Positions 52,347 through 64,000 of a stretch of DNA of 64,000 nt are shown in pieces. The notes below the pieces were generated by a model. It had not been told where the DNA came from. It made no database searches and worked only from the letters and a program-made list of their open reading frames with translations. The DNA is from Lingula anatina. Lineage: Eukaryota > Animalia > Brachiopoda. The stretch is from assembly GCA_051362555.1 (NCBI GenBank), contig CM120649.1:17932567-17996566 (forward strand). Direction: 5' to 3'. The position numbers and the translations under genes are program-made. The stretch's first letter is position 1. The number at the start of each line of letters is the position of its first letter.

Positions 52347-55052
52347 TTAGCACCACCGCTGATTCCTTACGTCGCAGCAACACCCGACAGGTGCGCGGAT
52401 CCATATCCAATATGGCCACCCTCTATACCATATGGGAACGCGTATCCAGCCCCACTCCGTTTTACAATACGAGCACAAATATCTAATCACCCCGGCATCA
52501 TTAAAGCTGACTCTGCATCTGCTTGGCCTGAAAAAAACCATAGGATGAAATTCCATGTAATGCAAAAATCAAAATTATTACAGGTAGTATTTGCATTCTA
52601 GTAACCTGTTTTGAATTAGTTACGTTAGACTGTTGTTCTTAATTGATGACTCACTTCTTTCGTGAACCGACCTTCAGTTGGTTTATATCTACCGTTTTCA
52701 GTCACTAATTGATGGATTAACTCATTGCCCGATAATGTGGTCGATAGCCTTATTATAGATAGGCCCTATCAAATAGATATCCACAATGGTTCAAAATACA
52801 TTTCCTTTGCGTCACACTATATACAGGTATAACTTATAAGTAACACTAATAAAAAACATCTCTTAAATCGATTTCATATGCTTTAATGAAGTGAGCATAT
52901 TTTTCCAGCCCCCATTTGCATAAGAAAATGCCAAATTTAAAAAATTTTATGGACATCAACTGTATTCCCATGACTACGAATAAATATAGAATACAGAAAC
53001 TATAAATACAGAAATATACATACTTGGGGAGAAGACTACAGTACCTAGATACAATGACTTATTATTGGAAATTGACGCAAGTCCCAACGTCTCTTTGACC
53101 TTGAGTATAAAGGTTGTATATTTTGGTATCCAAATTGAATTTTGAGTTTTGAATTTTGAGTTACATTTAGACACCTTGAAATTCATAGATGAATGGAAAC
53201 TAAAAAAAAAAAATCACATCCACTTCCAGCAACCCTCTGTTTATAGTAGGTCTACACTGATTGTGGAAGTTTTTCAACCAGCGATCTCGGAAACTCGCGG
53301 TGAATATAAAATGTTAACTTTCTTTATCTTTTTTCAAACGAAATAGAAAGAATAGATTTCTCTTCTTTCTCAACTAAGACAGGAAAAAAGATATGAACAT
53401 GAATGTATTCAATAAGTAAAATATTGCAATGTGAACTTACAGACAGTACCACCAGTGATACCAGTGCCACCCCCACCAGGGGGAGTTCAAGACAGGCCAC
53501 CAACCCCCTCCCCAATACACCCACCACGGCCGGATCCAGTGGAACCAAACGAGGCATGGGCTGAAAAAGAGAAATGAAATTAATTGTTTATAAATTTAAA
53601 AAGGCCTCAGTGTATTTATTATCCCTTCTCTCCCCCACCATTATTTCTTTATAGTTCTTGAAACCAAAAACGTTACGATTGCACTAATCGTTGCGGTTGC
53701 AAAATGCAGCTCTATTCGCATTTTGTAACAGCAAAGAGATGCTTTTCTTCAAAATAATTAAAAACATCGCACATGTTTAAACGACTACATCACTCAAAAA
53801 GTTATCTCTACATGTATCTCTAGAAAGTATCAATTTTCGTTTCAAGAAAAGGGCAGAAGAGGAGACAAGTTTCATCAACACTGGATAGCGCTTATTCTTT
53901 ATAGGCCTATATACCTGGCCAATGAAAACCACATTCAACCAATGTCTAGCAATATAAGCGATAAACAGATCCACCCAGCGTCTTTGAAAAAATTTAGGTC
54001 TATTCACAGGATAACTTATCAAAGAATATCAATTTTATCCAAAGGATAGCGCCATCTAGTGTTGATGACACTGGGTCCTATATTTAATGGACCGCAGCAC
54101 ACGTAAAGTGTACCCTGTATAGGGCAGCCCTCGTTTCTTGCGCTCGGCAAGCGACAACTCGGGGACGCCGTCGACCGGATGTGAATCACTACCTTTGGGT
54201 ACCATGGAGTCATCGAAGGTCAACTTCGCGTCGCTGTAAAAATAATTCAACAAATATCATAACAGCAAAAACAGAAAGAAATATGAAGCAGATCATATAA
54301 GAATTGGTAATTATTAGATTTGGAACCGTAACATCAGGGAAGAGAAGGACGCCTTCTAAGTAGCAACCACCAACTGCAGTTAAACAGGGTGATAACAAAA
54401 CAGGATATTTTCGAATAAATAAACATAACCAAAACAAATTATCATATTAATTGTTTATGAAATCGGCACACTGAATCCGACAATGCGACTATTTGTGCTT
54501 TAGTGTTTTTTCTATTCACCTGGGTGTTTTAAATGCCTGTCCTACGAGTTTTTAAATACTGCATGTTTCCATGCCAAACCTTTAGGACCCCCCCCCCCCC
54601 AACCCCACGCCTTGAATGCAATAACCACCTAATGATTTGTTCTTAGCTCATGCAAACAGATTTCAAATTTTAAAATGATAGAAATTGAAGATTAGGCTGT
54701 AGACATAAAAAAAATTAAGATACCGGGAGCTATACATTAAACATGAATAAAGTTCAGAATTAATTTTAAAATACATAAATTAAAAATAAAACAGACAAGC
54801 AAAATAATCAAACATAAGGCCTGCACTCGATGTTCTTTAGACAAAAAAGATAGGAAAGTGGCACACTCACGGGTAAGCCTTGCCATCCGGTGATATGAAT
54901 GGATTGGTTGAAAATCCGGTCTCAATCTTGGATCCGTCGTCCAGCTGGTCATACAACACCTGGCCATCTGGATTGTCGGGGAGACTTCCTCCGCTGGGAA
55001 TGACCTGGACAGCCAGGCCGAATAGCATCAGCCACGCCAAGTACTTCTCCAT
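52347..55052 (-). CDS. Trp-rich Spaetzle-like cystine-knot precursor A (200 aa)
   Basis: Exons 55052-54871, 54233-54114, 53560-53441, 52527-52347 (all phase-2 GT-AG, 603 nt). Signal MEKYLAWLMLFGLAVQVIPS, prodomain, RKKR, then mature GLPYTGPCLVWFHWIRPWWVYWGGGWWPVLNSPWWGWHWYHWWYCLPSRCRVSFNDAGVIRYLCSYCKTEWGWIRVPIWYRGWPYWIWIRAPVGCCCDVRNQRWC. The exon-2 donor (gtacac) is weak but matches the paralogue's position and phase. Confidence 0.85.
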
Positions 55053-55903
55053 GGCGATTTTCTGATGAACTGAATAATAGCCTAATAATAATAATAACAA
55101 ATGTAATAATAATATTAGTAATGATAGGCCTAATGATTATAAATAAACCCAAACTATTTTTCATTTTTCATTTTCGGAGTTTGTATTTGTTATTACTTAT
55201 ATTTATAACTACTAATACATATTGTAAGAAGGTGATGGAATGGTTGGCGCTCAAGTAGGCCCTACCAGTTTTAATCCTGTTTTCAGTCTACCGTTTTCCG
55301 TTTAACTAATATCTCAAAGAAAAGATTTGTGTGTCAACTGTATATTAACTGCTAAGGCCTAGACTTAAATTTGCCACGGGCGCCCTGTGTTGGAATCGTG
55401 TTTTTTTTTTTTTTTTTTTTTTTTTTTGAGCCAATGGGTTTGACGGTTGAAAAGTAATCAACTAGCGTTTTTGAGCCCCTACATGGCTATAATAGGAATT
55501 CACATAACTTTGAATTTATACTAATGAATAAGACTGAGTTTTTAACATTTTGACTTTTGCTATGCCTCCTCAAATGGCCACAAAAACCATCTCCATCACA
55601 ATTTTGACAGGTCCGATAATCTAGGCCTGCGTTGCTGTACAATCACCACATGTGCACTGATCAATGCCCGTTTGGAGACTATGCAATGCCATCTACGGTA
55701 TTGCTGTGGTCTAATTTGCCAAAAGATTTAGCTTGACAAAATCCTAGAGAGACCGTGAGAGACCGTGAGTTGGGGAAGTCAGACAGTACTGTATTTTCTA
55801 AAATGATTACATCTGAACAAGTTAAAAAGTCCCTACTGCCCTAAAAAGCGAACACAAGTTTTGTTTAAAACGTGTTGAAAACGCAAAATAAATCACGTCT
55901 TAC

Positions 55904-55977
55904 CTTTGCCGAAAACGTTGCCTTCAAAATTCACTGCGGCTGTTTATCCCCACGTCTGAAAACGACGTATTTATATA
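55904..55977 (-). promoter_or_regulatory. TATA box and short 5'UTR exon of precursor A
   Basis: TATATAAA (55977-55970), donor AAG|GTAAGA at 55904/55903, acceptor cag|aaaatcgccATG 9 nt before the start codon. Confidence 0.55.
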
Positions 55978-56879
55978 TAATGTAACCTATTTGAAATTAT
56001 AATGGAGGTACTCTGCCACATCCCTTATTTACAAACTTGGCAACTTCTCAACACGCACTGAATAATTTTAAATTTTTCAATTAAAAAAAATGGTAATGAA
56101 TATTAATGATGATTATTATAGGTCTGACGACAGTTAAATCAATACTGTGGTTGTTATTATTGAATAGCTTGTCAGCAAATTAAATGTTTGTTCATTTGTA
56201 AGTGCAATATTTCATGCCATCAGGTCGCTTTGAGATATGCCAGATCTCTTCATTAATACACCCCTTTCTGTCTTTTAAATGTGCATGGTGTTCGTCTTGT
56301 TAGGACGTGCAATCTCACACTGATTTATTATCATGTTTACCTCCTGTAGTATTCTCAAAGGTCGTGTTCGTGTATGAATGGTACGGGATAATTGGTATGC
56401 AGCAGAAAGGCATTACCACGTGACTGCACCCATCTGCTTTCCAATATCAGTACCAAGCTGCTCGGTTTATGGAGTAAAGATAGGTGTTCGTCACTTAAGG
56501 TTGTTCCATTTCAACGAGCTGGGCATAGTTGTGGTCATTTTAGCATTTGTTGTGGTCATTTTAGCAAGTGCGCCCTTGTAGTAAAGGTCAATTGGCATTT
56601 CACCTTAACAAATGTACGCACGTACCGCATGTACCACTTTTCAACAGCAATCTTTGAAATTACCTTAACAGAGTGAAATTAAAATTCGCCCCCTGTCTCT
56701 TTGGTTCCATATTGGTTAGGTTGAATTCCATGTGAATATATTCCGGGGATATATGTATGAATGTGTTCAAGCTTAGTTCACAGAAAATCATTTTAACGAA
56801 TGGCTTCCAACGTATGAAATTTCAAATATAAACAGTATAAATATTATATTAAAATAAGTCATACGCACCAACCTGGACA

Positions 56880-56911
<32 letters not shown>

Positions 56912-56914
56912 TTA

Positions 56915-58500
56915 CTGTCATTGTAAAAGAGGCACCTGTAAACCCTGTTTCAACTAACTTTTCTACATGTGTACTATGTAAATGTTATCTATATTATATC
57001 TTATACCAATGGTGAAAAATCATTTCTCTATATATTATTTCCGTTGTTTAAACTCTGTATAATTGTGTATTGTCTACCCATTCTATAGAACATCTGTTTT
57101 TCATTACTATTATAGATTTGTTATTATTTCAAAATAAATTTTAGAGGGGATTACCATTTTTAAATTTCCTCCTTTACGTGTAAAAATGGCTTCCATATTG
57201 GTACAAAACTGTTCAGTTTATGAATTAATGATAGGTGTTTTAAATTTAAAATTACTGTGTCATGATGAAATGGGCGTAGTTGTTTTCGACAAGGAAGTAC
57301 TTAGCAAAACTTATTTTACTGTCACTTATGTTCGTTTTATGCTTTAATTTTAATAGTTTATTTATGCAGTATATTATATCAGTTTTCATAATGAGATTGA
57401 ATTCCCAGGCACCACTTGGCTAAAAAATATTCAAATAAACTTTGTTGTCACTGTCAGTAACTGGTAATCCTTATCAAACTTTTGCCTTACGCGGAGAAAC
57501 CAATATGCAATGGCACACGAACATCATGGTCATCAAAATCATGCGCCTTGTTTCTTAGCGTTGGCGATTAACCCCCTCCACGGCTCTCTGGCTTTGGCAG
57601 TTCCCAGCATGTTTGTTAACCTAGCATGCCCCATCAACGGGTGTTACGTAAATTTAGGTGAAGTAATGTTACGAAGTAAACCTCTCTAACTATCTCATCT
57701 TTTAGATCACAAATCCTGAGTTATAAAAAATGTGAAAAAGGCAATATATATAAACTTGAGACAGTGGTAATTAGTCCTTTTAAGCAACCCTGTGTTTCAG
57801 AGTTAAAAAGAAACTAGCCTATATGCTGTCAGCATCCCTTTATCGTTTCTAATAAACTCTGAACCTACGGGCACCAAGATACAAGATAAACAAAAAGCGT
57901 ATATCAGTGGCGTATTAAGACTATTTAGAGGGGGGGGGGGGTCAGGGAGGTCCTGACCCGCCCCTCGATTTCCGAAAAAACCACACCAATGGTCCCCTCT
58001 TGAAATTAGAATACTGACTAGCTGAACTAGCTCTTAACCGTACCGTAGGGCACCGTTCGCCCTCTAAATTATCAAAAAATTATCGGAGCCCTTCAGCGGG
58101 CGCCAAAACGACACGCAAGGGGGCTGGGGGGGGGGGGGGTGGCTTCGCATCTGAGGCCTGTCATTCCTAAAAAAAAAACAGACCCCCTTCAAATAATCCT
58201 GGATCCGCCCCTGCATTTTATTAAATAACTTCACTAAATTATTTCACCCAAAAATAATTCACGTATATCTTAAGGTCTGTATGCATCTCATAATATTAAC
58301 AAATTTACGCATCTTACCCACCCATCCATGTTCTATGCAATTTTTAAAATGATGTAAACAGAGTGCAGTTAAAATTCATGACGTTTCTCTTTGGTTGAAT
58401 TGCTTGTGAAATTATTTCAACTGGGGCGTCTAGACGTGTGATCTGCAGGTTAGTTTATTCAGTAAAAAAAAAAGGCGAGGTGCCTCCTTTACAATGACAG
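56915..58500. mobile_element. TA-flanked non-autonomous DNA transposon between the paralogues
   Basis: TA|ctgtcattgtaaaagaggcacct ... aggtgcctcctttacaatgacag|TA (TIR 22/23). Confidence 0.65.
57905..58213. mobile_element. Nested CAGTGGCG...CGCCCCTG MITE (hAT-like termini)
   Basis: Termini cagtggcg / cgcccctg; interior similar to 8998-9430 and 1677-1760; TSD not recognisable. Confidence 0.55.
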
Positions 58501-58957
58501 TAAATTACAAACACTGGCATCCGTCATCCTTCATACTGACATTCTTCCTGGGATGTTTTTATTTATAAAACACTTAGTATGCTAGAGACGGCACACGTTG
58601 GCACAGGAATAAATATGCCCACCGCACCCCTCGGTAGTAGTAATATATGGACGCAAGGGTCATAAAAATGTGGGGGGGGGGGGGGTAACCAGAGTGAAGC
58701 AGATGTAATTAACAGCCGAAATTATCAAAAACAATACAATGCAAATTGATTGAAAAATGATCACAGTATATATAATGCTATAAATCAACACATTCTCGTC
58801 TAATACGCGGTGATTCGCCTCAGGATTGACTCCTCCCCCCCCCCCCCCCCCCCCATGAACTTTTCCGGGGTCAAGGGCAATTTTCTCCTACTCACGAATC
58901 ACTACTTCCTCCCGCATCCCCGCACTTGGATTCGATATCTTAGCCCACTTTCAATTT

Positions 58958-59130
58958 GGGGCCGTAGCAATAGTCCGAAGGTTCAATAGTCCGAAGGTTC
59001 ATTGGTCCGAATATTCACTATAGAACCTTCGGACCAATGAACCCTTGATTAAAAAATCGATGAAAATGTTACCACTTTTCGAACCAATGAACCTTCGGAC
59101 CAATGAACCTTCGGACTATCGAGACGCCCC
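58958..59130. mobile_element. Foldback MITE with internal 15-bp repeats (Mutator-like)
   Basis: Arms built of atagtccgaaggttc / gaaccttcggactat units, GGGG...CCCC ends, ttcaattt repeated on both flanks. Confidence 0.7.
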
Positions 59131-59194
59131 CTTCAATTTTATAATACCTATACATTTTTAGCTTTGAATGATTGACCAGTGGTTGATAACTATT

Positions 59195-59251
<57 letters not shown>

Positions 59252-59688
59252 TAAAAGAACCTGTAAACAACAACAACAACAACAACAGTTTCAGCGTGCA
59301 ACTAATCGTTTATTGCAATATGAACTTGCAGTTATTGAGGAGTTTTAATGCTGACAACATACGTGTAGGACAATAAAGCCTAAAGCTTTGTTCTCACTTT
59401 TAGTATCCAGTCATATAGCAAAATCATAACGGTATAACATTTAATCAAAATTAACGCTACATAAATTTCGCTGAAGCAATATCGAGAAGAGTAAGAGGTT
59501 GCAATAATAAATTTATAAGAGTATACCTCTGATTTGTCTTGGAAAATGCTAGTTTATCCTTAAATGTGGAACAAGATACTATGCTACCATAAATGTCCAT
59601 ATGGCACAGCATTGCGTTTAAGCGGGGAATCTTGAATAAATATGCCGTCGGGGCTGGAATTGACTCGATGCGCCATCTATCCATTATT

Positions 59689-61851
59689 TTACCAACACTG
59701 CCAGAAATATCGCTGAAAGTTGCAACAGCAGCCGACAGGTGCGCGGATCCACACCCACCTGACGTGCCACGTGTACCAGAGCGGGACTCGCAGCCAGCCC
59801 CATTCCGTGGTGCAGCGCGAGCAAAAACGGACATATCTACCGTTAACCCAAGTGTAGTTTGACTTACAAATATTTCTGAAAGTAAAAAAGTAATTATAAG
59901 AAAATAAACCATTAGGCCTAGCTTTGAGTCAAACAAACATTCCGTTTATTTTTTCTAGGTACTGTTATTTCACTATTAAAATGACAATTAATAATCCTTA
60001 CAACGAGGGCCATTATCCAATTCAAAGCTTTTTAATTTACACAACCATCGCATTTCGGCACCCGCTTCAACTTACGACGTAGGCAGGCAGTAGATCCAAT
60101 AATGCCAATGCCATCCCCACCAGGGGGAGTTCAAGACAGGCCACCATCCAGAATTCCAGTAGATCCACCACGGTTGGACCCAGTTGTGCCAAGTTCTGCA
60201 TTGACTGAAAAAACCCAATCGGTCAAACAATTAATATATTGTTTCTCACATACATATCATTTTATCATTTTACTACTAACTAATCTTGTTTTAAGATATA
60301 TGAAAGTCAACATCCTGATTTTTACAGAAATTGGTACGGTGCCATGGCAGTAAGTATTGGGGGGGGGGGGGGGGGAGGGGGGGCTTGTATGTTCATATCG
60401 TTGCATTGTACAAGTATATTATTACTGCTATTTGGTTCAGAATTCTAGTTTTAGACTCCTGGGCTATTGGGAGTTGACGCGATAATGATGAACCCTTCTA
60501 GGTGTCTACCCAAATTATGGTACCATTCAAGGGATAAAATGCGAAAAACGTGAAACACATTTTAGGAACCCTAAGGTAAGATATGAACTTATTCAATTAA
60601 CTTTTTTTTCAATAAAAATGCCAATCATTTTCCTTTTTAATATATTTGAAAACAGTTTAAAGGTAACTTTTTAAATTACAAGTTAGCCTTAACAGAAATG
60701 AAAAGTTTTACAGCACATGGATAAAAGGTAGCTAAATAATACTTAAAACCGTTTATTATTTGAATGACCAACATATGTCAATGCAGTGATTAATTCGACT
60801 AACCCATAGAGCTGGCGTTTGGTCCTATTTCCGGTTTCTGAGAGGCTCACTGGGAGGATCTCAGGGTTGTCGGGGTGAGTGTTGCTGTTAATAGGTTCTC
60901 TGGCAAGAGACTGCTGTTGTTGTGCGCTGTTCAACTGCCTGTTAATGTTACCAGAAATACAGAAAAGTTGATTAGTTAATTAAGATGCAAATTTGAAAGA
61001 ACAAAATTAGAAAAAGAAAATGAATGACACAAGATGCATTTAAAGTGAAGTTAAATAAAGGAATTGCTGATTTTGGCTAGAAAATAGAATAAATAATACC
61101 ATATTCACTATTTAAATGTAATACCAACTAAACAGCAATCTAAGTGATTAACGAAATAGAATGAATGGTGCATGTAGAGACATCGGTTGCTAGGTTGATA
61201 ATAATCTATAGAACTTAATAAATTGATGTATCAATACTGCGAAAAATAAATTCATAAATTGTTCAAATGAAATTTAAACAAAACAAAATAAACAATCTTG
61301 ATTTTCATATCATCAAAGATATTCTTGTTGTTGACAATAATCTAATGGAAAATCAAAAAGCATACATGTATTATTGTTCAATAAGACAAGAAGACTAATT
61401 CAAACAGCTTCCTTCTTTGTTTATTCCCTACAATCGTTGGACACTTTTAAAATATATATCTTCTGTATCTAATCAACTTATCTAATATTCCTATTATTCG
61501 TATGTCCATTAGTTTTTCTATTTTTTTTTTAAGAAAACGGAACCCACGGGAATAATTTTACACTGAATGACAGGTTCCCATAAACAGTCAAAAGAGGTGG
61601 TGAGTTTACTGTACTCACTTTGAACTTGGGTATCTTTTACCATCTGGAGACACATCTTTCCTGGTAGAAAACCCCGTCTTCACGGATCCGCCGCCAGGAA
61701 GAGTCACACTCAACACCTGGCCGTCAGGTGATTCAAGGGGAGGGGTCTCGGTAGTAAGTAGGCCTATCCAATCCGGGACCGGGATGAGTGACAGCGCACT
61801 TGCCAGTTGGCCCACCCCACCAAGCAACATCAGAATCTCCAGAAACCTCAT
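59689..61851 (-). CDS. Trp-rich Spaetzle-like cystine-knot precursor B (227 aa)
   Basis: Exons 61851-61619, 60938-60804, 60204-60076, 59875-59689 (all phase-2 GT-AG, 684 nt). Signal MRFLEILMLLGGVGQLASA, prodomain, RTKR, then mature QLYGQCRTWHNWVQPWWIYWNSGWWPVLNSPWWGWHWHYWIYCLPTSNICKSNYTWVNGRYVRFCSRCTTEWGWLRVPLWYTWHVRWVWIRAPVGCCCNFQRYFWQCW. Confidence 0.87.
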
Positions 61852-62294
61852 CGTAATTTTCTATCAAAATATAATAATAATGCTAAGAAGAAGAAGAAGA
61901 ATAGATGCATGGAACTTCAAAAGACCAAATTGCTACACACTGCGAGTAATTCTAGTGCTTGAATAGTCTTGCTGACACCAAAGCTCATGCCTAACTATGT
62001 ACCATCACATAACGTGATGTGCGACTTTAATAATAAATAAATAAATGAATGAATAATTGTGGTACACACGTTTAGTGCTGGATTGCTGACTGTGAACTAA
62101 CCCTATTTACATCTTTCCCGGTTTTTCTTTCTTTCTTTCTTTCTTTTCTTTTTCTTTGTTAATTCTCTCTCTCTCTCTTTTTTTTTTTTTTTTGTAAAGC
62201 GTACAGTGAAAAAAGTTCAACATACGAGATTGCTATTGTCAATTTTGAACAGTCTGGAAAAGTTAATAAATGGAATATGTATAATGTAACTAAC

Positions 62295-62387
62295 CTTGGT
62301 CCTCGTTTGAATATCTTCTGTTTTCTGTTCTCCTCAACAGAACTTTGCCTGTTACTCGTCCACACCCAAATGTGAGTTGTATTTATA
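62295..62387 (-). promoter_or_regulatory. TATA box and 5'UTR exon of precursor B
   Basis: TATAAATA (62387-62380), donor AAG|GTTAGT at 62295/62294, acceptor tag|aaaattacgATG 9 nt before the start, the same geometry as paralogue A. Confidence 0.55.
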
Positions 62388-64000
62388 CGACTTTTAGAGG
62401 AAATGAAAGAAGGAAAGCTATTGGACATTAGAACGAGATGGTTTCACGTTTTTTTTTTTTTCGCATGACAATTTACACATATTTACGAGTATGTTGCAAC
62501 CAAAATAAAATAATAGTTCTGCCCTTAACCTGTTAGGGACACAACACTCAACAGGGGTTGTTTGTCTTTGTTTTGGCCTGAGGGAAACATTTCGGGTAAT
62601 ATTTTTCCAGGTTATTATCCAAATTCCAACGTCATTATTATCTAAATTTAAGGACAGAAATAGAAATCCGAACAATGTATTTATTGACTTAGATAACATC
62701 ATCTTTGTGATGGCGTGAGGTGAAGATAATTATACATGATTTACGTGTTTGCTCCAGTGAGTTTTTATTTTTATTTGGGTGTGGGTATTCTTTTACTAAG
62801 AGAAATTATTGTGTACTTCTATAAACACTGTAATTTCGGACATGCTTCGGGTTTTACAGACTGAGAAATTGCTTGTTTTTGTTCATATTTTAAGTCGCTG
62901 GGTCTTTGTGAATTTTGTTTAGAAAAATAAATACTTCCTTTTCCCCATCGATCATAATATGTAAAGTGACATGTTTACATGCTTCTTCTTTTCATAGCTT
63001 TGGATTTTTTCAAATATAATCATTGCTTTCCTTTCAATAATTGCGTAAGGGAAAATTCTGAGTCTTAAGGTAACACAGCTGCCTTGAAAAGGAAATGAAA
63101 GGAAATAAATAAAGTTCGTTTTTGCATGTGCGCGACGATGCGTGTTTACGCATGTTCATCTGTATGTGTTTGCATTTGTTGAGCACGGGTGTATGCGTTT
63201 TTTTTAAATTTAGAAATAATACATATTTGAATGCCATCTTCAAAATAAGGCTCCTGTGCGCATTTTAAATTGGACATTTCTTGGTCTAATTGTCGTTTCA
63301 TTCGTTTTACGCAAATAACACGGCTTCATTTGCCCACGTGGGCACACACTCACTTTTACATACAAACCTAAACTAGTCCATGTCAATGGCAAGCAAGGAT
63401 AATCCAGGGACAGTTTACCTTAAATGACGAAAAGGTGCAGTTAAGTAAAAAACAAGTATATATAGGGTCTTATTTTTTATTATCATAATAATAATAATGC
63501 ATTTCGTAAAACCACGCTACACATGCGTCTCAGCGCCGTTTACATATGTTACATGTTAAACTAAAACTAAACTGAAGAATTCATAACTAATATAAAGGTA
63601 ATGAAAACTAAAACGTGCAAGTTAACCTAGACATGCTTTAAATAAAAAAGGTTTTTAAAATCTTTTAACAAATTGAGTAATATTTGAACCTTCAATATTT
63701 TTTACTCCGACTTGTAGCTACTTGTTGCAAGGAGAGGTCGGGATCCACGTGGAAGAGAGACGGGGGGGGGGGGGGGGGGGGGGGGGTTCTCCGGGGAACT
63801 TTCTTGTTATATTTCTGATCTATAAATCTAGCGTGTACCTGTGCTTCCTTTCACCTCTATTGGAAAAAGTGGGAGAGGTGGGCGCCATTTTAATATGGAA
63901 AAAGACCCCCTCTACGCCCCCCCCCCTCACCCTCATGACATGCTTCACCTATCAAGAATTTTGATTTCATCTGTGAAAAGTCAGGATACAAAATAACTTG

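Noticed and set aside
59457-59936. 159-aa minus-strand ORF with a hydrophobic N-terminus (also 53324-53557 and 60102-60353)
   Set aside because: Alternative-frame or antisense shadows of the Trp-rich exons; the paralogue-conserved frame is the Trp/Cys one.

Overview
AT-rich, intron-rich animal genomic DNA, most likely a marine invertebrate (a lophotrochozoan such as a mollusc is an inference, not shown by the sequence). Left to right: (1) an intronless 921-aa secreted MAM-MAM-EGF-EGF-CCPx5 gene (+) with a TATA/Inr promoter and an upstream kB/CRE cluster; (2) angiomotin (+), whose first PPxY exon runs into a 21 x 33-bp minisatellite made of in-frame copies of its own splice donor; (3) DZIP1/iguana (-) head-to-head with (4) DNAJC3/p58IPK (+), sharing a short promoter with a perfect ERSE; (5) a TTAA-flanked Kolobok-like element with a THAP ORF; (6) two tandem four-coding-exon paralogues (-) that are not visible as whole ORFs in the track. 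By manual splicing these encode signal peptide + prodomain + furin site + a 105/108-aa mature domain with a Spaetzle-type cystine-knot cysteine pattern and about 19% tryptophan. This Trp-rich cystine-knot pair is the best candidate for an undescribed system. Also present are a Penelope-like inverted remnant with minimal hammerhead motifs and several MITEs. All gene models were spliced by eye from GT-AG signals and phase consistency; no searches were run.
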